Counted from the whole stretch's first letter, positions 27,201 to 40,023 are shown. The stretch: DNA of 63,093 nucleotides, filler included, from Lenisia limosa (GCA_001655205.1; 23 parts of 23 records of this genome joined end to end with filler, not necessarily neighbours in it); one strand, 5' to 3'. The notes: generated by a model not told the origin, from the letters alone. Made by a program: numbers and translations.

Positions 27201-27737
27201 TTCCCAAGTTTCTCAGGTATATTATTTCTCTTGTTCTAAAAAACTTACTTCCTCAGTATCCGCACACCCAGCACAGAAGAGAGCACCAAATGCAACATCA
27301 CGTGGGGGGGGGGCGGTAAGGGTTTTTTTGAATAATGAAAAGCTGTCAATAAAAATACACTTTACATATGATATCCAATTCACTAGCATTATCTGTTCAA
27401 TTTCCTCACACCCCAGTATATGCACCAACAGTATCAAGAGGTTGGTTTGGAGCACTAGATATGGGTTGGTTTGGAGCACCGGATATGGGTTTTCTACGGA
27501 CTTTTCAAATGAGCTGGCTGCTGGTTTCTTTTACGTTCATTCACTCTTGTTTTTGTTGAGAGATTAACCCCACTTCAGCCATACCAGCCTAACACCAGTC
27601 AGTACCCTCAACAGCAATACGCCTCACAGTACCAACAACCCCAGCGACTGGTACAACAAGTCCAACCCGCCTACCAGAGTCAGGCCTTCCAACAGGCTGC
27701 TCAATACAATAACCAGTCTAACCAGTCTAACTACCAG
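24222..27737 (+). CDS. Low-complexity multi-domain protein: SGFG repeats, P/T/K-rich linkers, degenerate DEAD-box helicase C-terminal domain, Q/Y/N-rich tail
   Basis: Exons give SSSGFGTASSSGFGTTSSSSGFG; VTPAKVTPAPK...; KKKPMILDLLSAFPSNVVVFVRNNNRLKNVHTFLKSKSISSAAM; TQAVESFKTGLAGVLICTHSLLYNIADPVRVVVFLDVP; and PYQPNTSQYPQQQYASQYQQPQ...NNQSNQSNYQ. Confidence 0.65.
26945..27130. repeat. Degenerate intronic minisatellite with core CCATATCAACGAAT
   Basis: Several imperfect copies of AGCCATATCAACGAATT in one intron. Confidence 0.6.
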
Positions 27738-28245
27738 GTATGCGTTTGCTCAGTGCCATTTTTAAATGTTACGTTTTGCCGTTATAGTCAAATTGAACAA
27801 ATCTCTTTCTACACACACAGACACCTCTTCTTACTCACTGTTGAACTGCTTTTTACCTTGTCTTTGTAAAGCTCCTCCCTCACTTTTACTATATCTTTGT
27901 AAGCTCATCCATCACACTATAGTNNNNNNNNNNNNNNNNNNNNNNNNNNNNNNNNNNNNNNNNNNNNTTAATTAATTAANNNNNNNNNNNNNNNNNNNNN
28001 NNNNNNNNNNNNNNNNNNNNNNNCTGGGGGGGGGGGGTACCAAGAAGTTGTTTGCATTTGAACGGGGTGGTAAATTTGTAGAAATGAAAAATTTTAAAGA
28101 AGAAACCGGCCATCAAGGCAAGAGTTTGTTATTATTTCAATCTCCTGCCTTAATCCCAGTCTATTATATAGGTGATTTTTATTACTGTTATATAACATTA
28201 CATTGCTTTATTCCTCGAATAAAATAAAACAAGAGGGTCACCAAC

Positions 28246-29376
28246 CGCGTAGTCCATCTCCAAGATTGCAATGTAGTCTCTGAAGAGGTCCTCACGTTCC
28301 CTGTCATTCTGCGGCGTCAGCGCCTTTTCCAAAAGAGGAAGCTTCCTTTTATGGAAGCAAAAAATAAGGAAATAAAATGTTGCTGGTTCTTAAAGACATG
28401 TTACTTGCTGAAAAAAGGGGGTGAGAACACAACGACAGCAGCTGAATTTTGGTAACTTTGTTTTTTTTTTGAAAAAAAACCCCAATGATACAATTAACTG
28501 CGAATATCAGTAATTCAATACCAAATAAACAAACCTTTCAAGGTTAATTGAAATTTTTATTAATGGTGTACGTAATATGTGTGTGTTGTATCCAAGATTC
28601 CACTACTAGATTTCGTATCCACAGTACGAACCTTGATTGCCATGTACCGCGGGTCGTCGTGATGCAGTAGCTCTAGTTTGTGGTAGGTCCAATCCTAAGG
28701 AGGGGGGGGGGTGAGAAAACTTGCATTGGGAAATTAATAATACCAAAGTATTATATGTATTTGGGGAACAAAACATATCATTGATTCTCGAATTATTTGA
28801 GACACACACCAGGGCTTTCTCAGCACCTCAACAATACATACTATGTACAAATAAATGGTAATAAAGATTCTTACCCAAAAAAAAGAGCTTCAATCCTCCT
28901 ACCATATGGACACCGATTTCAATGAGCATTTTCCTGAACGTTTCCCTCAAATTTTTGGCAATCAATCGCTCAGTCTGGAGGGTGACCAAGCTATCGTCTC
29001 GGTTGACAGAATAAGCACATATTGATATGATATTCTTTGCCAATAAGCTATGACTAAAGCAGTTTTGTAAGATTCAAGGTAACAAGGTGAATTGACAAAA
29101 AGAATAATTCAATATTGAACTTTACCAAGTAAGAAACAAGAGTAGACTCGGTTTTGTTATCAACAAGGAATGCCCACTTCTCTCTCCTCCTTCTTGACAA
29201 GATCCAACAGGTCATGAAACGCAGCCTTCCTCTCTCCGATGCTCAAAAGAGCTCGGTACCTGTGGTATCAAATGTGATTGAAGCACGCATCAAGAAATAG
29301 TATCACCTCCTTCCTTACCTTGGATCATTCACGATGTTAGGTACAACTTGCTGCCAGGTGGAGGAGCTCGTAATCT
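28246..29376 (-). CDS. PRP40: PRP40 U1 snRNP-associated splicing factor, FF-domain region
   Basis: Exons give ITSSSTWQQVVPNIVNDPR / YRALLSIGERKAAFHDLL (FF1-like), NLRETFRKMLIEIGV, HDDPRYMAIK and DREREDLFRDYI. TCERG1-type FF proteins are the alternative assignment. Confidence 0.75.
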
Positions 29377-29749
29377 CTACATCGCGTTATGGAAATGTTT
29401 CTAAATAGAGTATTATGCTTATCTCAGCAGAAATGAAAGAGTTTGACACCTTATAAGGCGATAAATAGAAGTAGAGGGAGAGGGGGTAAAAGGAAATCTC
29501 GATGGAGCGCCTTGGCGAAACAGTATTAATCAATCGAATAATCTAAAATTCTCAAGCAAGTATTTATTTACACATCATTCCCAAGTANNNNNNNNNNNNN
29601 NNNNNNNNNNNNNNNNNNNNNNNNNNNNNNNTTAATTAATTAANNNNNNNNNNNNNNNNNNNNNNNNNNNNNNNNNNNNNNNNNNNNGGGGGTGTAAAAT
29701 GAATGAAATGTCGAAGAAGAATATAGGGCAAAATAACCACACAACAACC

Positions 29750-32699
29750 GCCCACCCTGAGTTGACCTGGAGAACGCCTTGGTAACAGCGCTCATTCGGT
29801 TCATGATCCGGCCAAATGCGGGCGGAACTGCTGGAGGCGGCATGGGGGGAGCCGGAGGTAGGTCTCTTCCGAGTGCCTGGGATATAAGGGGTGGGGGGGG
29901 GGGNNNNNNNNNNNNNNNNNNNNNNNNNNNNNNNNNNNNNNNNNNNNNNNNNNNNNNNNNNNNNNNNNNNNNNNNNNNNNNNNNNNNNNNNNNNNNNNNN
30001 NNNNNNNNNNNNNNNNNNNNNNNNNNNNNNNNNNNNNNNNNNNNNNNNNNNNNNNNNNNNNNNNNNNNNNTCCCTCCCAGGAACCTTTATAATTTTCAAT
30101 GTGACCGCATCACTAGGGTCTCCGGACTTCTAAAATCGTCAATATTGGGAGTAATATAGATTGCTTGGGAACTCTAATACCAAAAACTCATTGCTCATTA
30201 ATACCCCACCTTCATGCTCAATTGTGCCAAAGCAGTGCTCAAAGCAGAGGCGTGCGGAACCCTTGTATCCGACATATTGGCGGNNNNNNNNNNNNNNNNN
30301 NNNNNNNNNNNNNNNNNNNNNNNNNNNNNNNNNNNNNNNNNNNNNNNACGATTGTGTGGCCTGGGCGGAGGTGAGGGAAAATGACAAGGATCGTTTGCTA
30401 GAATTGCCAGGACGTGTGAGGATTATTTTCAAAAGTTTCTGTTGAAACTAGGATATCAACCACTTCTCTAGATTTTTACATTCTATCATATGTACTATGT
30501 ATAGTACATGTATCATAATAACACTCCCCGAAAACCTACCAATATTCCTAATCATCCCCACCATAATTTGAAAAAAGGAATCCCCAGGTATTTTTTTTTT
30601 TCTCTCAGATGTTCAATATAACAGCATTTGTAAACATTTTGACCAAAACCTACCAATATTCCTGATTAAGCCCCCCATTGCAGTCTTCCAAATGCCCTCG
30701 GTAGCGCCGTAGCACGAGTGCGGCATTCTTGAGCTCAGAGACTGAGCAAACTGCATGTACGTCGAGATCACACTGTCGCTCTAAAGGGGTGAACACAGTT
30801 CAGTTCAGTTCAGTTCATAATAATTTCAGTTCATAATAATTTCAGTTCATAATAATTTCAGTTCATAATAATAAGTTCAATTCAATACTGTTTATTTGTT
30901 TAAATTATAAGTTCAGTTCAGTCTATTTCACTTTATAACAGCAAGTTCAGCTTATCATCATTGTCTCAATTCATTTCATAATAATTATAATTATAAGTTC
31001 AGTTCAGTTCATGATATTAGTTCAGCCCCTCGCACCATATGAGACTGTTGGTGGACCGGGAAGAGTTTGGTAATTTCGGAGTCGGAAATGCTTGGTGGTG
31101 GTGCAAGATTTGGCGATGACGCGAAAGATGACACGTGTGAGGCCATGCCCATGCCGCCGGGCCGAAGGGAACTTCTACATATGGTAAGTGGAAGCTTCTC
31201 AATATGGTAAGTGCAACTTGCCTTTATTATGAAATTGGCCCGCTGTGGATTTGGTGCATTTTTTGTCCCCTCTCCCTCAACAACTGAGAATATTCTCAGC
31301 TCTTCAAACAAATCAATAGTAACGTGACACTCCTCAATATTTCTGTCATTTTCTGTTGGTGTTTTCTTTGTGAGTCAACCGCTGGATCTCTATGATCCAC
31401 GTTTCAAAAGAGGCATCTTTCAATACTAACTCCTCTCAACATCCCTCCCTCCTACCCCTGCATTTGTCGCGATTGGGTGAGGGCCGGGCGTAGGTGGGCA
31501 TTCAGTAGGCCGGAAATAATGGCGTTCTGGGGGGAGGTTAATTTCCCAAGTAAGTTTGCTTGGATTGTGCAAAGGACGTGTAAAATGCAAAGGTATGACT
31601 GTTGCCCCCCCACCTCTCTAACATGTACCACTCTACCCGAGCAAATGAAGTCTGTTACGCTCGTGACTGCGTGTTGGTTAGTCAATTAGGGGGGAAATGA
31701 TGGGACGTTGCATTGTGTTTCATAAGAGAATATTAATATATCTTCACTGACTGCGATAAGTCCTGACACGATAAATAAAGAAAAGCTCCATATCCGTTTC
31801 AGGAGGAATCAAGGTCAGTGTAAATGTATGCGGGATCTAAGAAAGAAGATGTATGCTGTGAATATAAAAATGTCTTACCCCACTGATAGTGTTGACTGGC
31901 AGAGCATGATCTGCAGAAGAGCTGTCAATGAGCAATCTGAAAAATAAATACATAACCGCTTAAAACCTCAAATATTACCAATTTTGCCCAAAGAAAAGAC
32001 GCATACTCCCCCAACTTTAAATGTTAAAATATTCCAGTTCTTTCTTCGATTCACTCAAAAAAACGAAGGTTTTCTCCCATTTCCCCCACCAAAAACCTAA
32101 AATATTGCCTATTATCTCTAAACCTCCCCAACTTCAAGTGTTGAATTGCCAGCACGAAGGCCTGATCAGAGAACTGAACTGTACACCCAAGGCCGCCGGC
32201 AGCAGAGGGACCATCACTCTCTCGGACCTCTGCAATGCTCGCCATTCTGGGGGGATTATATTGGGGTATTCTGGTATGTTGAGAATACATAAAAAACTGT
32301 GACAAGTTCAAATATTTTGGCCATTCTCTCTCTCTCTGTATGTGTGGGTAAACTAAATACAAAATATCAATAAATCCTGGGGGGCCCACCTCCGAACTTC
32401 AGTAGCCGCGTTCATTACGCCCATCACCACGCAAATGGCATAAACGCCTGCCATCAAAATGGGCGGCCTTCTGGAGAGGGGAGTGAAAATGAGAAATTAT
32501 GAAAAATCAACTCTGGGTGAATACATCCGATAAAGAGGGCTTTTGTTTGTTTTCCACCCCCCCCCGTTTTTTTTTGTTCTTTTTTCTTTTTTCTTTTTTC
32601 TTCTCCCACCTTGAAGAAGTAAAGAAGGGTTCCTCAAGGTTGTCGAGGTGGCGCAGGATCCAGCCTTTCAGTCCGACTTCTCTCCCGACCCATGCACTG
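29750..32699 (-). CDS. Multi-exon hypothetical protein (fragment)
   Basis: Phase-consistent exons AWVGREVGLKGWILRHLDNLEEPFFTSSR / RPPILMAGVYAICVVMGVMNAATEVR / RMASIAEVRES..., NAIISGLLNAHLRP, ANMSDTRVPHASALSTALAQLSMK / ALGRDLPPAPPMPPP. No family recognised. Confidence 0.5.
30796..30880. repeat. Intronic tandem repeat, (CAGTT)n plus 16-bp unit TTCAGTTCATAATAAT
   Basis: About 4 copies of the 16-mer preceded by CAGTT pentamers. The pentamer recurs at about 30910 and 30996. Confidence 0.85.
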
Positions 32700-33015
32700 G
32701 GTATGGTGATGACAGAAAAGTGACAGAAAAGTGAAAAAAAAAAAAACAAAAAAAACAAAACAGCACTAATTTTTGAAAAGAGCAAAAGTAAGAGACAAGT
32801 GCCNNNNNNNNNNNNNNNNNNNNNNNNNNNNNNNNNNNNNNNNNNNNTTAATTAATTAANNNNNNNNNNNNNNNNNNNNNNNNNNNNNNNNNNNNNNNNN
32901 NNNTTTCTGCAGAAGCAGCTGGCTTGGGCGTTGTTTTGTTGTTTACACGATGGTTTTGTTTCACAATGATTCAAAAGCTTCCAATTTGCAATTATCGCAC
33001 CCCCCACCCCCATAG

Positions 33016-33500
33016 GCTCAGACAACCTGCAAAAAAGAAGGAAGCAGCCTACCCCTCTCAACGTCGCCGCTACCAACCCACTAAGACCGAAGAGCGGGCT
33101 GAGAAGGAGCTGGTGGGGGGGGGGGTAAAACGAAGGAAATTTAAATGGAGAAAATGGCGTTGAGGTACTAATCACGAATGAACTTGTGTGCATGAGTGTG
33201 TGTACAGTTGGGAGTATTTCACTTTCCAATAACAATTTACCAAGACAAGCTGAATGTGACAATATATGTAGTTCACCTGATAATTATCCTAGAACAAGCG
33301 TACGGCTGCTGAACAACGGTTTTTGAACGAGTCTCAAGTCCGCGAGTCGGATACTGCGAGGAAGCTGGAGAATTTGAAGAGATGGCAAGCTTTTGAGGTT
33401 TAGGGGTTTTTCATGATGTTTTCGCGTTTATTGAAGGTTTCTCATCATCATCATCATTATCATTATCATCATCATCATCATTATCATTATCATCATCATT

Positions 33501-33541
<41 letters not shown>

Positions 33542-34960
33542 TATCATCATCATCATCATCATCATTATCATTATCATCATCATTATCATTATCATCACCA
33601 TCACCACCACCTTCACCATCCCGTCACCACCACCATCATCTGCAATAAAATCACAATTCAGAGCACGCCAAGCTTGACTGAGTCCCAAGCAGTCTTTTCG
33701 GTCGGGGGTTTATTGTGTTGACAATTCGATGGTGATAAGTTCCATTTCACTTGAATACTCTTCAATATTATTCTCTTCGTGCAGCTAGCACTCCCACTTC
33801 TTGACCCCCCCCCCCCTTCCAGGAGCCCAAAAAACCAGATATGGAAGCGGAGGAGAGTTGTCCGGCTGAGGATTTGGCGGTGGCGCTGAATGAGGAACTC
33901 ACGCCAAATGCTAAAAAGTGGGTAGTGTAAAAATACATACATTTCATAAGTTGATTTCAGGCTTTTTTTTTGTTACAAACATTTTTCACCCCCTCCCTCC
34001 CCCAGGCCGCACGGATTCCTGCCAATAGATTTGTTTGACGATCCGGAGTGGGACCTCAGCTTCCCCCCTCTGGACGCAATCAAAATGGCCCATGTGAGAA
34101 GGGGAGATACTGGGGAGGGGGAGGCAAAATTGCATATTTGACTGTTTCTTTTTGGCGGACATACATGTACATATTTCTCATGGTATACTCCTCCCCTTTT
34201 CTCTTTTGTTATAATTACCTATGAAATACTATCGTGCTACATATTTTACAAAAGATGAAATGGTGTATTGATGTGCTGAAGCGACTAGCGAAGGCTTTGT
34301 TTGTTTTGTTACCCTTATACCTCCATCACGTGTCAGGCCACTGGTGCTCTTGGCGCTCGTGCGAAGTCACGATATCTTGCTCTGGATGGCACTGTTGAGT
34401 GGGAGCCTTGCATCGTCCTCGAATATATCCCCGAAAAAGCCTGGTATCGCGTCCAGTGGGTGAAGAAGAACATCACAAAATGCGTGTCAAGGTGGGAGGG
34501 GGGGGGGTGAGAAACAGATTTGTTCTTTTTTTTGCACATATGTTAGAGTTTGTAAATAATTTGATACTGTGGTGGCTCTAAGTTGATTAATATATCACTA
34601 CATATCGTCTGTCATATATTTTGGTAGAATGTCACATAAATAACCTATTAATACCCATTTACCCTATTACATTTCATTTATTGTATTCTCTACTCATTTC
34701 ACTTATGATTATCACTGACTGAACCTTTTGTGTACCATTCATTCTATCGATATTATCTGACCATTTGTATAAATTATATACTAGTGATATATTACTATCA
34801 CATATACCTAAACTGAATATTAATCATCAATTGGAATATCACACTGAGTCCATCTCACTATTACAGGCTGAATTTGGTGTTTGAGGGTGAAGATCCAGCA
34901 CATCACTTTGAGAGAACTAAGAAAGTCGAACAGCTCAGAGAGGAGGCTGAGGCTTGGCTG
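33016..34960 (+). CDS. Axonemal inner-arm dynein heavy chain (DNAH1/6-type), N-terminal region
   Basis: Exons 34006-34093 (GFLPIDLFDDPEWD), 34337-34491 (AKSRYL...WEPCIVLEY...YRVQWVKKNITKCVSR) and 34867-34960 (LNLVFEGEDPAHHFERTKKVEQLREEAEAWL) follow the recalled monomeric dynein N-terminal signature. Confidence 0.8.
33441..33640. repeat. (CAT/TAT)n trinucleotide microsatellite in a dynein intron
   Basis: About 55 CAT/TAT/CAC triplets between the donor at about 33400 and the acceptor at about 33661. Confidence 0.95.
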
Positions 34961-35307
34961 GTAGGGGGTGTAATATGAATGGTGGTGGTAAATCAGTCTT
35001 CTCACACATCCTTTCCACATTTCCCATCCCCCAGCGCTATTTTAACTTCGCATCCCCCAGCGCTATTTTAACTTCGCATCCCCCNNNNNNNNNNNNNNNN
35101 NNNNNNNNNNNNNNNNNNNNNNNNNNNNTTAATTAATTAANNNNNNNNNNNNNNNNNNNNNNNNNNNNNNNNNNNNNNNNNNNNAAAAAAAGGACAACTT
35201 TTTGAGGACAGGGAGGACTAAAATGGAAAATAGTATGAAACAAAAAAAATCCCAAAATCAACTCTGTTGGCTAGCAATTTACTATCAGCGGAACTGTTCT
35301 TGCCAAC

Positions 35308-38300
35308 CCGAAGATATTGCTGACTTAGGAGACAAAAGGGGAGACGTTGCAGTGGTAAGCATTAGGTGGTTCACGTACGAGTTATGACCGTCTTTGGCCC
35401 AAAGCAATTGTCCTAGGGGGNNNNNNNNNNNNNNNNNNNNNNNNNNNNNNNNNNNNNNNNNNNNNNNNNNNNNNNNNNNNNNNNNNNNNNNNNNNNNNNN
35501 NNNNNNNNNNNNNNNNNNNNNNNNNNNNNNNNNNNNNNNNNNNNNNNNNNNNNNNNGGTGTCATTTCAGACATTTCTCCCCTCCTTGTACAAAATTATAT
35601 AATCGAGGGTTTATGGAGATAGAAAATTGGAGGATTTATAGATGATTTATTTGGATTGAGTCATTTATTGAAACATAGTGAATCTCAAACTCCAAATTTT
35701 GAAATTAATTTTCCATGTTTTCATCTTACCCCCATCCCCCACCAGTGTTTTCGTTGTAGCATCGTACCCGCCCGTCTTTACATGCGACAATCTGGGGGGT
35801 GGTAAAACGAAAGAAATTTCGATGAAAAATATTGGCGTAAAGGAACTAAACACGAAGNNNNNNNNNNNNNNNNNNNNNNNNNNNNNNNNNNNNNNNNNNN
35901 NNNNNNNNNNNNNNNNNNNNNNNNNNNNNNNNNNNNNNNNNNNNNNNNNNNNNNNNNNNNNNNGAATCAACTCTGGTGGTGAGGCATTTGGGACAGGTAA
36001 TAGGATTAAAAGCAACTAACAAATGGCTAATATCTAATTGCGACTCCGTGCACTTAATTTTTTGAAGAAATTAATTGAAAAAGTGTGAAATTAAAGTGTC
36101 CACAATGGAGTTCCCATGACAATAGATCTCACTTCAAATGTTGCAATATTTTCAATTAATTGCACGGAGGCGTTGGTGGATGGGGGCAGGTTTAATTGAG
36201 GGGTGGTGGAGGAAAAGAGCAACATAATGCTGATTAGCAATTATAGATGGGGTGCGATTTTATGGCTCTAAATATCGAAAGATTTGAGAGAAAAAAAAAA
36301 TAATTTGAGTAATCTTTAATATTCAAAGAAGGAACACTTAATAATATTAAAGAGCCCCGTCATACGACCAAAATAATGGAGGAATAGCCCCGTCATACGA
36401 CTTTCTCTTCAGTTTGAATCACAGCGCGAATGGTGGTAGCGGACGGTGATGTGACTCGCGTGTCGTAGATCATGACCGCCTTGGTGGGGTAAATAATGAA
36501 TGTTTATGAAACAAACAAATCCAAAATCAACACAGTCTGCGAGATTAATTGGTGTGGAATAAATGATATATTTAGAATTTTAGATAAAAAAAAACAAAAT
36601 AACACATATTTCCTGTTTATTTGGAACAAAAAATAATCTCAATGTTACCTATTTCGGAAACAGATTAATTTTTTTAACAAAACAGAACACCGAACCTTCC
36701 GTGATGATAAGCAATACTTTCGGGCAGTTCCGTCTCGCGACCCACTGAAAAGATGCGTATCATTGATATACTGTGCGATTAGGAGAGGGAAAATAAAATG
36801 GACAAATTAGTGAAAACAAAGCCCACAATCGGACGGGTGAACATTCAATGTTGGCGGAGGGAGGGGGGGAATAAGGAAATGTTAAAAAAAAACACTTGAG
36901 TCTCTAATTATGATATGTATGTATATGATGTAAAAAGCCCGACAAAGAGCCCCAAATACCAGGGAGTTGATCTGATCGGAATGCTTATAGAGAATCCAGG
37001 GCTCTCGGAAGCAGTCGAAAGAGAACACGTAGATATTACCGGATGCCGAGCCAAGGAAGACAGCCTAAATATCATGGTTATTGCTTCCCTGCGATCCCAA
37101 AATGAACCCCCCTCTTATTTCCCTCACCACCTTGCCATTTATATCCACAGCGGCGGCTGTAATGCCGCTCTCGCCACTCCAACGATGAACCGCCAACTGC
37201 CCGTCACGTTCATAATCATCAAGGCGGTGCGGAATGTCTGGGTGCTCAATCTCAGCCCGGCCTGGCTTGGTCTCTTTAATCATCATCGTCACAACACAGC
37301 CATTTGACATTCCCACGGCGATCAAAAGATCGTTTTCTGAAACAGCAACAGCTGCTATGTGGACCGGGGTGCCCTCTGCCAAACGGTACCGTCGGTTAGA
37401 ATCCGCATCAAATGTGCAGACCTGGGAGGAATGAAATTGGAAATTTATGAAAAAAAAAACCAAATCAATTCTGTTGGCTGACAACACACAAAGGTTGAGA
37501 ACTACAAAATAAACAAAGCCCAGGTCAGTCGCTTCTGCAGCACCTCATCCCAGCACTCTTAATCTATCTATTATAATGCCTGTGGAGAGTAATATTTTTC
37601 TACTACATGGGGTGGGGATGAAATGCATGTATATCTATTACGCTACCTGAGGAGTAAAATACAGTATGGTAGGAAATGAAAATATAATTTATTCCTCAAA
37701 TATCAGAAATGAGCAACACCCTTACGATGAGTTGCTGATCTGCGGTTCCACTCAATATGATTTCTTCACAGGCCCTAAAAAGGAAATTAAGGAAGCTGTG
37801 GACGGAAAGGTACCGATAATAGATTGAAAATACCACACGCAGAGTTCACAAGCATGGTTAGATTAGGGCTGTACACCGGGTTGAAAAAGAACGTAAAATA
37901 CCGATATATGTCAAAGATTATTGATATATTCAGGGGTTCACTTCGATTCGAAAAAAATGAATGTTTCGACAAATCCTCAAAATTTTTTGATATTTTACCA
38001 GTCTTTTCGAACCGAAGTGAAGCCTTATGATACTCAGTCTTTATAAGTCTTTGTTAGAACCGAAATGAAGCCATGAGTATGCTATTCCAAAAGTGTCATT
38101 CAAGACCTTTATGGGATTGTTGTGGAAAGAATCTTAACAGGTCAGATCACGGCTTCACCAAATCCCTACCAAGATGCGGGGGCCTTGGTAACACAAACGT
38201 AGTTAATTGGCTCATTGGACTCACAGACTAGTAATGGATCGTTCTTGAGTGTGAGAAATATAGGTACCCATATCAGATTTATTGATTTATATCCCTTAAT

Positions 38301-38931
38301 TAGACTTCTGACGGTCTTTTTTTCTGACCTTCAGCTGTACAGCAGTTTTAACATCATTCTACTTGCCCTGTTAGAAGCCTCTCTGATGATATTGTCTGGA
38401 TTTAATTGCATTTCTCCTTTTCTCCTTTTTTAATTTTATTTGCTGTTGACAATGTATATAAGCATATTTTATATATAGCAATGAGAAATCAAAAATAATT
38501 TTAGTATCTGGTCGCCCTTCCAATCACAACATCAACACCACCAACCGCATTGTCCCAGACAAGCACTTTGCCATCTGCCCCGCATGAAACAAAGCCGTTT
38601 CGACTCGGCATAGGGGCAAGGTTCTTGACCTAAATCGTTCATTTTTGGTTGGGAGAAATGAAGCTCTCTCAAAACTGCCACTATAAATCCTAAACCAAAG
38701 ACCAGACGTATTTATTTCTAGATTTTAACAAGAATCTAATTGCTCGTTACCCCAGATGTGATATAATATGTGTATCTCACTATGATATCATTACTGCTCT
38801 CAAAATCAAAACTCAAACGTAAACACGGCCCGGACCTGTCCTGAGTGTTCCTCCAGGCTTCGGACGCACATTCCGTTCTGAAGGTCCCAGACGCGAATTG
38901 TGGCGTCACGTGAACACGAAATGACGTGATT
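35308..38931 (-). CDS. Multi-exon WD40-repeat protein (at least 10 exons)
   Basis: HVISCSRDATIRVWDLQNGMCVRSLEEHSGQ / VKNLAPMPSRNGFVSCGADGKVLVWD; IILSGTADQQLI; AVFLGSASGNIYVF...HSDQINSL; SGSRDGTARKY; IVACKDGRVRCYN / GQLLWAKDGHNSYVNHL. Confidence 0.85.
36044..36169. mobile_element. MITE family F, complete copy (126 bp)
   Basis: TIR CTCCGTGCACTTAATT ... AATTAATTGCACGGAG. Fragments also at about 40488 and 44066. Confidence 0.75.
37422..37558 (-). repeat. Intron 3'-end cassette, module I, near full-length, ending at the splice acceptor
   Basis: Sense strand reads G(T/C)GATGGGATGCGGTGCTGCAGAAGCGACTGGCCTGGGCTTTG...CAACAGAGTTGATTT(T)GG...TTTCATAAATTTCCAATTT...CCTCCCAG, then the exon VCTFDAD. Confidence 0.85.
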
Positions 38932-39526
38932 CTCGTTTTCTGGGCTCTGGAGGGGTGTTAAACTTTATGCAGCAGAAAATCATTGAGAAATACATAAGGG
39001 TTGAAAAAAACAAACAAACAATAAATTCTAGCTCATCACAATATTATCATATCGTAGACGTAAAAAAAAAATCAAGAGAAAATAATAGAGCTTGTACCGG
39101 TGTTGAAATGTACTTGTTGTATTATATATCATATTTGGTCGTTATAATTCCAAAGATTGGTTTATGATGTGTAGTTCAAAACAATTACGCGAGAACTATC
39201 TTATTAAAATGTATACTGAACCGATATGTCATTTGGTTCTGTTTTGGACTACTTGCATGCAATATTAATCTCAATAAGAAAATTAAACCTGTATTACAAT
39301 CCACGTTCTTATCATATCATATTTTTGACGGTTGTTTTTTTTACCATAAAGATCAATAATAAAACAAACCTGAATTGCCATCCAAACTGTATCGGAGTGC
39401 CCATACCATTGCGAGCCTTTCTAAACAGTTAAAAGGTTAGATGAAAAATGTACCGTCCTCGACAGTGTTTGAAGAAGGACATAAAATACAAAATATTAAT
39501 TTTGGGTCATTTCTACTGACACTGTA

Positions 39527-39604
39527 AACTGACTGGGATAAGTCTTGACCGAGTTACTCTGGATTTCATTCGTGAAAATCGGTCAATCCTTATCCCGGTC
39601 ACTG
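39527..39604. mobile_element. MITE family B (Tc1/mariner-pogo-like, CAGTG termini)
   Basis: Diverged TIR GACTGGGATAAGTCTTGACCG ... CGGTCAATCCTTATCCCGGTCACTG followed by TA. Confidence 0.75.
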
Positions 39605-40023
39605 TACATACATGTATGTGCCTATTATATATGTACTAAAAATATGTNNNNNNNNNNNNNNNNNNNNNNNNNNNNNNNNNNNNNNNNNNNNTTAATTAAT
39701 TAANNNNNNNNNNNNNNNNNNNNNNNNNNNNNNNNNNNNNNNNNNNNTGTGAAAATCCTTGGGCAACAGATGTCAACGAAATTTCCGTTATTGTTGCCAA
39801 TGTCTCCCCAGGTACTGGGTATTTAATATATTTATTCGCAATATGGTTAATATCCTTATGACGTTTTAAATATAAAATCACCTTTATTGTTGCCAATGTC
39901 TCCCCAGGTACTGGGAATATAATTTATTTAATCGTAATACTGCTTTAATGTATTTTTCAATAAAGTTTTGATAAGAATGAAATCTCAGTTATTATGTCCA
40001 ATGTCTCCATCTTTTTACAAGGA

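Noticed and set aside
31020-31190. Patatin-like phospholipase suggested by VIFRVIAK...FRLRNY
   Set aside because: Neighbouring exons lack the expected ASSAAP, DGG and GxSxG motifs, so the similarity is too weak.
33413-33721. Poly-His and poly-Met ORFs (also the poly-Asp/Ser ORFs at 49046-49303)
   Set aside because: These are translations of CAT/GAT microsatellites. The one at 33441 lies in a defined dynein intron.
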